Assembly: GCA_010909165.1 (NCBI GenBank)
Contig: MU008193.1
Location: 248,001-312,000, forward strand
DNA length: 64,000 nucleotides
Origin: Anthoceros angustus
Taxonomy: Eukaryota > Plantae > Anthocerotophyta
Direction: 5' to 3'
Below are positions 37,301 to 51,119 of this stretch, one piece after another. Position 1 is the first letter of the stretch; each line of letters begins with the position of its first letter. The translations under genes were made by a program, and so were the position numbers. The notes beneath the pieces are model-generated. The model was not told the DNA's origin, did not search any database, and saw nothing but the letters and a program-made list of their open reading frames with translations.

Positions 37301-40300
37301 TGGCTATTAATTCTCTGTGAACCTGGTCCTACCCACAGATCTTAGATGAAAAGTCGCTCATCAAGAAGTATCAAAGAGAGATTAGTAGTTTGAAGCAGGA
37401 ACTGGAGCAGTTGAAGAGAGGCATTCTGGAGAAACCTTACCTGGGTACTTCTAGTCAGGACGACTTGCTCACATTGCGTCAGCAGGTAATCAAAAACATT
37501 GATTTTTCTTTTTAACAAGTTCTTCAAGGCTGATGGGGAGCTGGTCAAGCAACCTTTTTCTGACCTCTTGTCACAACAGCTTGAAGCTGGACAGATCAAA
37601 ATGCAATCAAGATTGGAGGAAGAAGAGCAAGCGAAAGCTGCGCTTATGGGAAGAATACAAAGGCTCACAAAATTGATCTTGGTCTCCACCAAAAACTCGA
37701 TTCCCCCTGTAGTGAAGATGCTAGATAAACCTTTGCCTCGCCGACGTCATTCGTTTGGAGAAGAAGAGGTACCGATCACTAGTTAGGGGTTGACGTTTGA
37801 TGAAATTATTCCGCTCCAAGTTGTTAACTTTTGGATGTGTGTTGACAACTTTGCTGTCTTTCAATGCAGTTAGCGTATCTCCCAGATAAAAGGCGGGAGT
37901 TGGCATACGAAGATGAGGAGGAGTCCAATCATGGTGGGCCAGACTCAGAACAATCAGGTGAAGGAAAGGGTGAGAACAACAGTGTCGAAGACGCTGTTAG
38001 GGAAGAAAAGAAGTCAAAGAGGCGTGGCATGCTAGGCTGGTTCAAGCTTCGAGTAAGTATCAACCTTGTCGAACTCATTGGTGTGATCGTCCGAATGGCT
38101 CAGATACTTAAGGGCCTCTTGGCTGCTCGGCATGATGTACTGATTTGTTATCTCCTCACTCTCCGTACAGCGAAACGAACACATTCTCAGCCCTGCAAGC
38201 AGTCTCGACCATGACAACTCGCCAAATGGATCAGTCGGGTCAGGCATATCCCCAGCTGTGCAGTTCGAGCCAACTTTTGATCTCAAGGGAGGGCGTCGAA
38301 AGTCTTTCAGTAGGAGAGTCGATGAGCTTGCACCTGTTGATTCCTTTCCTGAAGCCACACAAGCGGGTGAACTGTTTAGTGCAACAGTTAGAGGACGGAG
38401 ACCCCCTCCTGTAAGTGCCCTTGCAAGCCAAGTCGATATTTTGCAAGTCATGCATGCTTTCTGCCTGGCTGCTAAGCCCGTATGAACACGCCTCCTTTGC
38501 AGACTGGAACAACCATGGTCGACCAGATGGATCTTCTGCGCGAGCAAATAAAAATGGTTGCTGGGGAATTGGCGTTGTGTACCAGCTCTCTGAAGCGGTT
38601 GTCCGAGCAGAATCTCAAGAATCCCGAGGACATTCAGCTCCAAGTTTGTTTCAGAACCGGTCAATCACCCTCATTACATGTTTTAAGATCGCTGGATGTC
38701 ATCTTAATTTCCGGGCTTGTTGTATCAGGTTCAAATGCAAAAGACCAAGGAAGAAATCCAGGAGAAGAAGAGGCAATTGCGTCTCCTGGAACAGCGAGTA
38801 GTAGGCACCTCAGACAATCCAGTCAGTACTAATTCACCGTTTGAGCTGTCCCAGGTACTTCATTCTGTGCTGTGCTATGTTTCAAGCCATTGAGTTTGTG
38901 GAGAGTGCAGGTAGTGTTTTTGGTAAACGTGGCTTGCTGATTTGGACCTGCCTTTCTCTGTAGACGATTGTGAAGCTTACTAGTCAGCTCAACGAGAAGG
39001 CGTTCGATCTGGAGGTAGCACTTGAAACCGTTCGTACTTAAGTGGGTGGTTTCCTTGAATTATGTATAATCCACTAATGTAATCCACGTGTGACGGTGCA
39101 GATTAAGAGTGCTGATAACAGAATTCTCCAAGAGCAGCTCCAAGCCAAGGTACTCTCAAGTCTGAGCCGTGAGTCACTTTTGCACAGAGAGTTAAGATTT
39201 GTCAAAGTTACTCATGTAAATCATGTCTTTGTGCATAACAGACAACCGAAATCAATGAGTTGCAAGACACAGTTACATCGTTACGACAGCAGCTGAAATC
39301 CGCGATTGAAAAGCCGCTGCAGCACAAAAGAATTCGCAGTTTCATCGAGAATAACGAAGACGTAGGTGGCTGGCTGAGCACTGGTTGCCTATCTGGGGAA
39401 TTGCGCTTTGTTGAAGGTGGAGCCGACGCTGATGCTGGTGCATCTCAAGATTTCAATTCAAGGGGTAGCTCCAAGGATCTCGACACCGACGCAAGCTTAC
39501 AAGCCCAAGTCATCTTACAGGCATGAGCCTTGCATCTTCCCTGTGTAAAGTCGACACAAACTGCTTGTTGCTAACAATTGGAGCTCTTGAATTCAGGCGG
39601 CTGAGATTGAGCAGCTTAAGCAGGAGAAACTTCGTTTGGCGGAGGAAAAGGCAGACCTAGAGATCCGCTGTGAGAAGAATTCTGATGATGCAGCTTATGC
39701 AAAGGAGTTGGCGTCAGCCGCTGCTGTGGAGCTGAAGAACTTGGCTGAAGAAGTTACAAAGTTGTCCTTCCAGAATGCCAAGCTGTCAAATGACCTTGCC
39801 AATGCGCAAGATCTTGCTTACACCAGGCTGTCAGCTAAAGCCCTGCCAAGTAATGGACACTTCAAGCTCACGGCAAACGTCGAAACTCAAACAGACAGTG
39901 AACTTGGTCAAGCCAATGGGGCGGCCAGGTTTCTGGCAGAGACACCGCAGCCTTTTGACGATATTGACCTATGGAGACTTGACTCCGACGATGCTGTAAT
40001 TCAGTTGAAGAACGAACTTGAGACCATGAAGCATGAGCAGTCGCTCTTGAAGTCCCGACTAGAGGAGAAAGAGGAGTCTGAGTCAGATTTGCAGAGTAGA
40101 GTTGAGGAAGCAAAGCAGCGGGAGGTAGACTTAGAAAATGATCTTGCAGGCATGTGGGTTCTTGTGGCTCAATTGAAGAAGGAGCGGGAAGCATTAGAGC
40201 AGTTGCACGCAGATACAGAAGACCATCAAATTAACGGAGACACTGCTCTGAGACCTCTCAGCAACGGGAACAAAGTGAAGGGAGCCGATGAAGATACGGC

Positions 40301-41088
40301 TCTTGATGACCTGAGGGCTTGCCTCGAAGATGAAAGGCGCCGAAATGCTGAGCTTGATGCACTCGTCTCACAGTTGAAGGCATGCCCTTCTCCAGCACTC
40401 ATTTTCTCTGTCACTTCATCACCTGAATGCAGACTGACCACGATGCTTTGTGTCTTTGATGTAATTGCCAGAAAGGCAAAATGATTCTAACCTCTTCTTA
40501 GCGTCAGTACAGAGTGAGGATTTGGATGGACTGAGCATGGCAACTCTGGAAGATCTTTCGAACCTTCATGTTGAAGCCTTGACCAAACTATGTCAAGCAA
40601 AGGTCTGCCTCTCCCCTTTCCCTGAAGCATGAAAAGTAACAACAATATTAGCTGACAGTGCGCACTGACTGATGCCTTGTCCAGACGGGAATAACAACTC
40701 AAAATACACAAATCTTTCTGAACTTTGCAGGCTCGAGAGCAAGAGAGATCGGAGAAGGATCGTGGTCGAGAGCTTCACTCCAAAATTCAGTACGACATGG
40801 GCGCCCTGGGAAGTGACCAGCTCTCGGCGGATGAAGACAGAAATGGCCATGTCTGCAAAGTCTGCTTCGAATCTCCGACTGCTGCAGTTCTGCTCCCATG
40901 CCGCCATTTTTGCTGTAAGCAGTTTCTCTCTTCTGATCGGCCCCTTCCGATAACGCTGTCAATTAGTAATGAACTAAAGTGTATCTTGGGTTGCATCTGC
41001 AGTGTGTAAACCATGTGCTATTGCTTGCACAGAATGCCCATTATGCCGAAGTGCAATTGCAGACAGAATCATCACCTTCACATCGTAA
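34305..41088 (+). CDS. KIN7: Kinesin-7 (KIN7D/KIN7M/MKRP-like) with C-terminal C3HC4 RING, more than 20 exons
   Basis: MASSSS...SPFRFRKPS; [12 protein letters not shown]; [12 protein letters not shown]; [13 protein letters not shown]; [18 protein letters not shown]; LIDLAGSE; [13 protein letters not shown]; coiled coils; [48 protein letters not shown]. Confidence 0.93.
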
Positions 41089-41931
41089 CCATCGGTGAGT
41101 ACTAGTCAGTTTCCACAAGTTCTTGAATCCTTGACTGTGGCAAACTCCGCAGGAGCTGTCAGCTAATAGCTTTCCCCGTTGGGTTTCATAGGTTCTGAAG
41201 GCTATGGAACTTGCAGATTTCCTCTTGCGTTTAATTATTGTTTTTGTATGGGACTTGAGGGGGTTTTCATCCCTCCTGGCGTATTTGCCTCCCACCCATT
41301 CTTGTAAAGATCGATACCAGCTGCTAACTTGGTTCTCGTAAGAACAACCTTCGGAAAAAGTGTTCCTTTTTTGTAGCATAGTTAGGTAGGTTAGTGTTGT
41401 ATCTTATCGTTGGTTCGCGATTAGGTTGACTTGTAGCTTTCTCCAGCAGGAGCAGTAAATCGTAGTTTTGAAAGCGGGTTGGTTACTCTATTGTGAGACC
41501 AAATATACTTTGCCACGCCGTCAGCCAGCAGCGAACAAAAAATCCTATCTTCCACAACATAGGTGTTCCAGGATGAGAGAATTGTAAGCTTCACACAGAC
41601 GACATTCGTCAGCGGGTGCTGCTGTTCACACATTATCAACACTGTTCGTAGGTAAGAACGGAGTTGAGGAAACGAGATGACAAATAGGTGTGCAAATGGG
41701 TGAAGAAAAGACGCCTTTTCCATTTCTAGTATACAAAACATTTTCCAGATGTTGAGAATGCAACATCAAATGCAATGTGTGAGACTGCTATTCACAGATC
41801 AGCGATTCCTGTTTCAAGGCAATGCTAGTGTCCGGGTTAGTTGGTGAATCTTGCTGGGGTATGAGGAAGCCCCAGGGAGGGCGCACAGCCTGCACACCAA
41901 TTAAATGTGGAACTGCAGGTTAAAGCCACTT

Positions 41932-44342
41932 CTAAACCAAGCTATTCTGGTTATGAGAGAGGAGAGGCCTGAGTTCTGATTTTCCCCTGGGTGTCCCATG
42001 CAGTGTCTCACAATGCTGACCACTAGCTAGTAGGGAATAGTTTTTAAAACCCTTGACATCCAGAATAACTTCCTTCATGTATAATACATCCTCACCCCCC
42101 GCCCGACCTAATTTCCCTCTAATCCCACCATCACTTACTGGTCTGTCAAAACTTAGTTTTGGAGAAGCTTGGGTTTCTAAGCCACAGCAAGAATCACCAA
42201 AACCTTTTTTGTTAGAACTCACAAACCTAGGGGATCGCTGTTGGGCGTCTCTCCACTGTGAAGTCACCAGAGGCATGCAGCTGTCTACAACACTTGGGGT
42301 TGTGTCGAATCCGGCGGAGGGCCGGGGAGATATCTCCGACAAGGGGTGACTACTCTGGGTCGTGTTACAGTCTTTGGCCATTCCGCCACTTGCTGTTGGT
42401 TTTATGGTACCCAAGTCTTCGAAGTTAAAACTTGACATGCCGGGATTTTGTACAATAACCAACATTGGCCTTGGTCCTGCACCCTTGCAGTTGCCGACAG
42501 AAGTTGGCTGCCCAAACAACAAGACAGTCCAGTCAGTACCACGGCAAAAAGAACCAGGATGTACATCCAAGGCAACAACAACGTATCAAATAGAGCAACT
42601 TGGGATTGGGAAGGTACCACTCCAATATGCCATTCTTTGAAGTCCAGGTTGTTGAAGTCCTTCTGGTTCATTTCCTGCGATATAACAAGGGCAAGAGTCT
42701 TTAACCTATACGTGGAAACAAAACAAGAGCCTGTGCTTAAAAGAATTCTGTATGCTCGGCGAGAAGCTGGAGACTTACAACGCTGTAGATTGGCGGCAAA
42801 ACACGTTGTCCTGAGGAGTGTAAGGTAGGAATAACAGTGAAGAAGGGTGTCAACTCTCGTGACCTAAAAGTCCACCTGCACACGACCGAGCAGGCAGACA
42901 AAGTTGACGGATTGCCCTTTGGAAGCCTCCAAGCAGGCCACTCCAACGTGCAAGAAACGAAACCCACAAAAAGCCTGTGATGCACTTGCATACCCAATGT
43001 AGAAAAAAATGCCAATCTCTGTCCACTCTCGTACAAGAAGGCGCATCCAATACTCGTTAGCGACGCCGTCAGCTCTAGCGTGCATCTACAGAATCACGAG
43101 AACACAATGAGCACCAACAACTTGAAACAGCCAGAAGTTGTAAACGACCGCCTGAGAAAAAAGCAACTGCTCACCAAAATCTCAGCGACAACCATCATAA
43201 GCATAGCCCCCTGGAACTTCCTGAACAAGTCGAATGGTGCTGGTTAGAGAGAAACTCCTTCAGAACATGATAAAATCAATTCGCTCTTTGAAAGGAAGTA
43301 AGGAATGCATACTTGAACATAGTGTACTTTGTGTAGATGGCTGTGTGCATCATGTGCACACCTTCGTCTTGTATATGCTGCAGCTGGTCTCTCAACACAG
43401 TGAGGTTGCGAGAGACGTGAATGAAGATCACGTACAGCATAATCAGATATATCAGCACAACAAGAATCTGCAAAAGAAACGGTGACGATCATCGTCGGGA
43501 CTACATCCATATCAGTGTGAGAGCTATTTCCATATCTCAAGAGAAACCTAAGAGCACAGAATACTAATGCAGCAAAAGTAGCTGAGCAGTACCAACAGAA
43601 GTCCCTGACAAACTTACCGCAAATTGAGGCACAGCAGCCTTGTAGCCGGTGAGAGTCAGGTATAGGAGTGAAGCAAGTCCGGCAATACTACGCCGTTCAG
43701 CAATAGAGAGCTGCTCGTGCATAATGCAATAACCGTGGGATATCAAGAGGAATGCAATGAAACAGGCTGTTTCGAAGAAGATTCGAGATACGAAGACCCC
43801 GAATGCAACCCAGAATGAGCAAGTGCTCAAGTTGAGGCATGAGTACCTGCAATTTCAAATAGAACTCGTCAAGACAAGCTTCTGATCGCATACTTGCCAC
43901 GGTGCTATCACAGACTGTACACATTCGACGATTTAAGAGCAGACACCGCAGGTAGCCATCCATCAACTTACCAAAAAACGAAAGAGAGCCCCAGAACTAG
44001 TGCTTTCAACACAGGCACTGCCGTCAAAATCCATTGCAGATTGCTGGTCTGTTCAAGGTGGCATGCAACAGCTTAGAGTCGCAAAACCAGCATACCAAGT
44101 CCTGCCGAGCAACACAACTAGCTAGCACTGAGGAGGGGGACATCCCAGATGTCGTTGCATGAGAGGAGACTGGGCCGTACCTGCCATCGACGTTTGCTCC
44201 ATGTGTTCAGAGTCCACACGCCGACCAACACAGTCCATATCATGAGCAATCCAAAGAAGAGGAAGGGCAAAGGCCTGTAGGATTCCTCCCATTCAGTCGT
44301 ACTGGAAATCGGCTTCGGTCCATGAGTAACGGCTGCGTCCAT
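41932..44342 (-). CDS. Conserved plant multi-pass membrane protein (GPR107/GOST-like 7TM, uncharacterised), multi-exon
   Basis: EESYRPLPFLF...NTWSKRRWQ; FLLISHGYCIMHEQLSIAERR; YLTLTGYKAAVPQF; HTAIYTKYTMFKKFQGAM; YWMRLLVREW; LPPIYS; EWHIGV|PTS; MLVIVQNP, all matching a family I recall from angiosperms. Confidence 0.75.
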
Positions 44343-47300
44343 GATGCTGACAGCCTTTCACCTACGATCCAAACGATTCAAATGCTTTCCAAATGCCCGA
44401 GTCCTAAAGAGAAGCTTGCATAGCTTCACCAATGATGGTTGATGATCATCGGGCTGAATCCCTCGTTGTCCACAGTCCGCCAATACTGGCCAATACACTT
44501 GACATCCCCAGTCCTGACAGCTCGCAATATTCGTACCATGTGGAAGCTGGTTTCCAGCAACCTGTAGGCTTTCCAAAAGGCAAGCCCAGGACAGAGAGGC
44601 CTGTCGCCTTTCTTCGGATAGCTAGCTTTTCGCTTTTGGTTGGCTAGCTTTCAGTAGCAATCCAACGGAAGTCGCTCACTCCCTGCTCGGTGCAACAAGA
44701 CAACGCTCAGAGAAAGCGAGCGTTTCGGAAGCTGCTTGCTGTCCAGAGGTGGTCCCGTGGATTACTTGCGAGAACCCGGTAGCCTCCACGGAATCCAACA
44801 ACGCCAGCACTTCAATTCCAAGGACAATCCAGCCGCTAGGACATCCAACACTGCAGTCCTGAACAGAACGCGGCGGCAGACGCTTTCAGAGTCGACAATT
44901 GCAAGGAGATGAGTCCTAAAAGCACCGCGATCGTAATCAACACCCGTGTGACCCGTGCCGCAAAGCCTCACCAACATACAGCTGCCATGCACACAGGATC
45001 CCCGAGTCACCGGAAGTAACACATGGAGGAGCTTCCCCCGCCATCCATTGGCCGTCTAAAGCATCATCTCCGCAAATACTGGTCCAAAATTGAAAGCGAG
45101 CGCAACAGTTGCGACCCCAGGCAGATCGTAACCCTGCACTCACAGGGCACTGCCACTTGCCACCTTACGCTCCGTCCGTAATGCCGTCCAACGCCTCTCA
45201 CACACACGCATCCTCCCTCTCCGCCAATGCCAATTCCATCTCTCTCAATCCAAATCGCACAAAGTCTTCCCCGGATCTCCCAAACCCGCGCGTCCGCGCA
45301 CACAATTCTCCGGATCGAGTACCACAGCACTCAACTACCATTTCAAAAACGCCTTCAACATCCAATGCGCCTTCCAATTCTCCAGCCACACATCACCAAC
45401 TCAAACCACATTCCATTCCCTCACCGAAATCAGGCCAGCGCCAGACACAAAACGGCAACGGCGTGCAGGATCCCGACCTCCCAGGCATCAAACAACACAA
45501 AAACGGCACAACAATTTTCCTCCACTCTACTCTCCCGACCCTGCCCCTCCCCGAGCACTAAACCAGACCTGCAGCCGCGCATACTCCACAATCCAAAATT
45601 CCCCCGGCAACACCCCCGCCGTTCTCCACGAATTTAACACCGAGATCTCGCAATCCGGCTGCCGCGAAACCTCAGCAAATTGGAGCGCCGATCGCAGCAC
45701 AAGCACACACAATCACTCTCACACGCACAAAACAGCCACAACATGGGATAATGCGGCCTCCGCTCTTCGGCCGCAACAGGCAGGAGACAGCGCTGCGCTG
45801 CGGTGCGCTGCGGTGCGGCCGAGCAGGCGAGGCGGGCAGACAGGAAAGGACAGGACGAGGAGGGAGGGGGAGAAGGCGCGGTAGAAAAAGGGAGAGGGAG
45901 CGGGAGGGGGGCGGAGGCGGAGGCGAGCAAGTGAAAGCGAGGCAGCGTGTGTGCGAGGAAGGCAGCAGAAACGAGGGGGAAGAGAGGGTAACCGTTTGGC
46001 GAGTCTCGCAAACCAGGCAGACTAAGACGTTCCCAAGGCAGCCAGGGTGTGGGTCAGGCGGAGCGGGACGTTCTAGGCCTGGCTGCCTTGTATGGGGGAC
46101 AACTGACGGTCTGGCATCTGATCCGTTCTGCCTCCAAAATATTCATTTTCCCTCATCATTCCTGTAACCGTACCCTTGCGCCTATCCGCTATCCGCCCGG
46201 GAGGAACTCGGCTAGGCTAAGCTTTTAGCTTTTAGCTTTTAGCCCCGGTTAATCTAACGTTGCTCCTCCTAAACATATCAAACGTTCCAAGAAGCGCAAA
46301 AACGGAGCGTGCTTGATGGACCCCCCCAGGACCCGCTTCCACTCCCATTTCGGTCATTTTTGGGAGCAAAAAATGACCCATCAGGACTTTGACGAATCCT
46401 TCACATCGAATCCCGCGGTAACCCATTTGACCCAGCTTCGGTTTTTGGCGGTCATCACTTCTACCTTTGAAATGGTGGAATGATGGCGGGCGCCTCGTTT
46501 GCGTAACATACACCGTTCCGAAAATACACACAAGTCTTAAGCTAATTCTCTTATCTCAAGATAAGAGGGCTGGCTTTGGATTCCGCATCCCGCATCAAAG
46601 CTTGTGAAATAATACTGCCTAGGTATTTATCTAGGGGATAGGTATAAAAAACGCACTCCTTGTAATCTTGTCAATCTATATTAAGTAGGAAAATTTAAAA
46701 AAATCTTAATTCTAATATTTATAGGTAAATTAAAATTTTATAGAGAAGTATATAGTAGTATACATGAAAAACATTGTGTCTCTTTGTAGAGGTACATTGG
46801 CACTTCAAAACTTGAAAGGAAAAGAGTAAGAGAGATTGGCTCTTGAGCTAAGTATGTAAGTTGAAATGACAATGATAAGCTTTTTTCTTTCACAATCCAA
46901 AATATAAAATGAGATGTTTACGCCCATTTTGTTTTCAATTTTGTTTCATGTAGATGATGTGCATTGTGTATTTCTGGATAGTGAGTCACCTTTTGTGGAT
47001 TTTGGATCGAAAGAAAAACAAAGATATGCTTATGAGAGAGAATTTTTTCAGTATGTATAATATTGATGATTTTTTGGAGGCAAAAAAAGAACTTTCAATC
47101 CAAGTAGGTTTCTTCACTTGGATATAATTGCATGAAATTTGGATTGCTCAAAACAGTTCCAATTGAATTTTCCATACATGAAAGAATTGTTGTGTGTTAA
47201 CACATTCTCGTGAGATTGACAACAGGTAGCAGAAATCAAATCAAAATAAATAGGAAATCCTGAAATAATTTGAAGATGATATGACCAAAACATGTTGAAA

Positions 47301-47414
47301 GATTGTTCCTGGATGTACATATATGAACAACCTTTATAGATATTGTTCTGCATATCTTAATACGAAATTTCTGCTTAACTTTTGTGTTCCAAGTGGATTG
47401 TGAAAGACTTCAAA

Positions 47415-48128
47415 ATGCATCCTACGATTCGAAAAGGTAGGCCCGGCCGCAATCGCACAAGGCAAATTGATTTTCCCTTCTATGAACATACTATGCCCCC
47501 GCCTCCTAATGAGGCAAAGGACGCTCACGACTATGTAGCCAAGACCTCACTTCCAGATCCATTGGGCATTAGATATGAAAGAAAATGGGTAAACCCTGGG
47601 ATAGATCCTAGTCCCCCTAAGTTTTGTAGGCTCTATGCTCACGGATATGTGTTCAACACATGTGAGAGAGACGATATGTTTCTCCTTCCTGAAAATCGTC
47701 GACTACAATGTTTCTATTTTCCCAAACTTCCTATAGAAGATAAGAAACTAGTATTTCTAACAAGAAAAGCAAGAATACACAAACGAGCCGCTTCCTTTTT
47801 TGCAAGGGAAGAATTATGGGGAGCTTGGGATATAGACTCACACATAGATAGAAAAGCCAAAGATGAGACACTAAAACAAGAGTATGCCCAGGCTATGAAT
47901 CACACCAAGTGGTATTACCTCAAGAATAAAGGACCAATTGACAGACTGCGTGAGCTACATAGGAGAGGGGAATCCAATTACCGGTCTTGGCAGCCCCCAG
48001 TCACTCCACCAAAACCAGTCAGGCAGCTGAAAACAAGGCAAGAATGGGATGTAGACCAAATTGCCCAGCTCAAGCACTGGAGACCTAACATGGACGACCT
48101 CATCAGCCGAGGATTTGTCTACGTCTGA
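47415..48128 (+). CDS. Intronless 237-aa orphan ORF in an AT-rich TE-like island
   Basis: Uninterrupted ATG-TGA frame with protein-like composition (W/Y/R/K/P rich); no family recognised. Confidence 0.45.
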   Translation: MHPTIRKGRPGRNRTRQIDFPFYEHTMPPPPNEAKDAHDYVAKTSLPDPLGIRYERKWVNPGIDPSPPKFCRLYAHGYVFNTCERDDMFLLPENRRLQCFYFPKLPIEDKKLVFLTRKARIHKRAASFFAREELWGAWDIDSHIDRKAKDETLKQEYAQAMNHTKWYYLKNKGPIDRLRELHRRGESNYRSWQPPVTPPKPVRQLKTRQEWDVDQIAQLKHWRPNMDDLISRGFVYV

Positions 48129-51119
48129 TCCTTCATGGGATTATGCAATCTTCTCCGTTGCCCAATATAGGTCAATATTCAAAACCCCTTTCCTTGTGGG
48201 CAGGAGACTTTGGTAAGGTGAGTTCTCGGATAGGCCAATCTTGAACAAGAGCCAGGAGAACATGTGGAGCATATCGGGGTCCCCAACGTATCAGCATAGT
48301 CTTCAAAAACACACATCAGGGAGAGGAACGGGAACGACGAGGCAGAGACCGAAACATGAAAGCTCACTGTGTGGAAAGTGTCATGTGATCAGAGGCCTGC
48401 CGTCGGAGCATAGACCTGGAATAGAATTTTCTAAATTCCATGGAATTATTAATACTTTCTATATAGAAAGTATTAAATATCAATTGCCTGCCTTGGGAAA
48501 CGAGCAGTTGCGGTCACGAATGTGCCGTTTATGACCGGGCAGCTCGCTTTGGGAAGTGCACGACATGCTTCCCTACAACCGGGCCTTGACTGTGTCAGTC
48601 TGTCGCTAAGCGGGCTCGTTGCGGCCTGGAACTTGATAGACCCCGTTTCGTGTATGACAGCCGGGGCCACTTCCCGCCAGCCGGCCCACCTGGCCCCGTT
48701 CCGTTACGTCCCGTTCCGCGGATCGCAGCCTCCAGGTGCCCGTTTTAGGGTTTCCTCTTACCCCGCTTTCCCCGAGATCTTCCTACTGACAGTTAGAGCA
48801 GGCCAGGTGGAAAGTCTGCGGATATTTCGATGCGCTGTGGGCGTGCCAGACGGAAAGTGTCGCCAATCAGGATGTGAAATCCCGAATTGTGATACCGTCT
48901 TCATATAGCAAATGCAATCGCTTTGCAAGCTCGTTTGGATCTTGCTTTCTGATGAGATGTGAGGAATGTGTGTACTGTAATGATCAGTGGAGACAGCACA
49001 TCCAGAACAAGGTGGCGTTGCAGTAGGTTGCATGTACTATATTGTTCTCTTCTGCCAAGAGGCGTCCTGCTCGGGCGAGATTCACCAGTCGTGGGCCCTG
49101 CTGCCACAACAATGAATGCAAAACGGCGGCCAATGCTATGTGGAGGGAATTGATTTTTAGAGGATGACGTCAAGATTGGGTTTGGCAAGTTGGCTGGAGG
49201 TTTGAGGCCGAGGTGGCGGGGCTGGCGATTGGATCAGGGCAAAGCCTTGGCAAGGAAGGTGGAAGTGCAACAAGTTGGCAGGATAGGTCAACTTTTTCCC
49301 GCTCTTGGTGTAGGGGTGTCCGGATAGGGCTTGGTGTTGTGTCCTGTTGTCCGCCAGGGTGCAGTCGCCGTGGTCTGGACTTCCCTCTCTCAAAGGGGAT
49401 GCATGTGCGGGAACATGTTTTGTTTTGGACAGTTGCACGATTAATCGAGGGCAATGAGGCGTCGAGTGTTGTGGCTGAAGGGGCACATGCAGCCGGGAGG
49501 CAATCAATGCCGGAAAGCGAATGGCATCGGAGAAAAAATCTGCACGAGGGAAAAAGAAAAAGATCTGCAAGCCGGAAGTTGCCGGATGCAGCTCGCCCCC
49601 GGCTGCGGCCTTGGCCGGGTCCCGGTGGTGGACCAGTCGAGGGAACGGCGACGTGCCGGAGGGGGCCCGGAGACGCGTGTTGGGAGACGAATGTTCGCCT
49701 AGGGTTTGGAACGGGGGTCTGGGACGTCACGGGACACTGCACAAACGGCGCGCTGTGGCTGTTGGAGCCTGTCACACTGCGCGCGCCGCAGTAGAGCTTG
49801 GGCCTTGGGGGTACGGTGACGTCGGGGTGGGCTCCGGGAGTCCATATTGCAGTGTTGCTTGGTGAGCAGGTGACGCCTGCACCAGCATGGCTCACACGGG
49901 TGTGTATTCTGCAATTTGGTATACTATATGCATATATGTATGTACTATGATGTACATAGGTTGCGGCAGTAATGCTCGAACGAGAAGACGGAATCATCTC
50001 CAGTGCAATGCACAAGAGCATGGGGAAGAGGGAATCATCTCTAGTGCACTGTACAGTGACGGATAAAGCCGCCCTGCACCTGCACCTGCACCGATGTGAA
50101 CAGCGCCCGTAGTAGTGGCCTAGAAGGCTGCTGCTCACTGGTTTCTCATCACGATTGATGCCGTATGGGCGGTGGGACAATCACTCCTCAGGCCGGTGCT
50201 GGTGCGGGTGCTGGTCCTGGTGCAGGATTCTTCCTGTGAGGAATACTGACAGATGTGCCAGATGCAGGCGCCGGCACCACAGAAGCGGAGACGAAGCTGG
50301 TCGGTGGCTTTCATTCCCACAGAAGAATGTAACAGACGATTACAGCTTTCCAGTCCCTTTCTTACATGTACTACACTTTGGAGTTGATGGCTTACCTACC
50401 ATCTCTCTCCCTTCCCTTGAGGCTCTTCCTGCCGGAGTACAATTCAAACCCTCTGAGCTCTTGAGCTCCTCTTCCCAGAGACTCTCTCATACAACCGTTC
50501 ACACTGTGATCTCAACCTACATCAGCATGTCAGGCAATTGATGCAAATGCCCGTCCAGTACTCTCTGCAACTTCTGCCCATGATGAAGAGGTCCTGCAGT
50601 TGCCACACTGCCCCTTCAAACTCAACTGCAGAGAAGGAACACTGGGAGAAGGAATTGGAAACACCTTCCCAAGATTTCCTGCATACATCAGCCCAGGAAC
50701 TTGGGTCCTGGTCGGTGCATTGTGATCAGCACCAATAAACAATGACCTGTTCGTGAAACAGGAGCTTGAGGGTTCGCAGGAGCTGTTGGCTACCATCATA
50801 CTGCTTAGCCCAATTTCACGTGGGAAAACAGTACCAAGCGCACTCAGATCAAAGTTTCTTAATGCTCAATATGTGCCGCACCACCCACATTATGGTGGGG
50901 TCACCCCGACTTAAACCATTCTCAGGCTCCCACCACTACACTTCCTAGGCCCCTCATCTTGGACCTGCCGTCCCAGGACAGGGCAAGAGCATGTCGAATC
51001 CGAATCATATTCTCCACTTTCACGAAGTCTGCCGGCTCACCCCATTTCCACAGGCAATGCGTGCACGGCATGGGTGCAAAGCAAGAAAACCAACTGTATA
51101 GCCTGCCTGATCTCCTCGC

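Noticed and set aside
46548-46567. 20-bp near-perfect palindrome ctcttatct-ca-agataagag
   Set aside because: Isolated, with no associated element boundary found
48780-51100. Long ORFs 49170-50180 (-) and 49213-49794 (+), and exon-like pieces at 48.8-49.3 and 50.5-51.1 kb
   Set aside because: Non-ATG or low-complexity frames spanning a telo-box/site II promoter-like patch; no consistent splice model or family recognised
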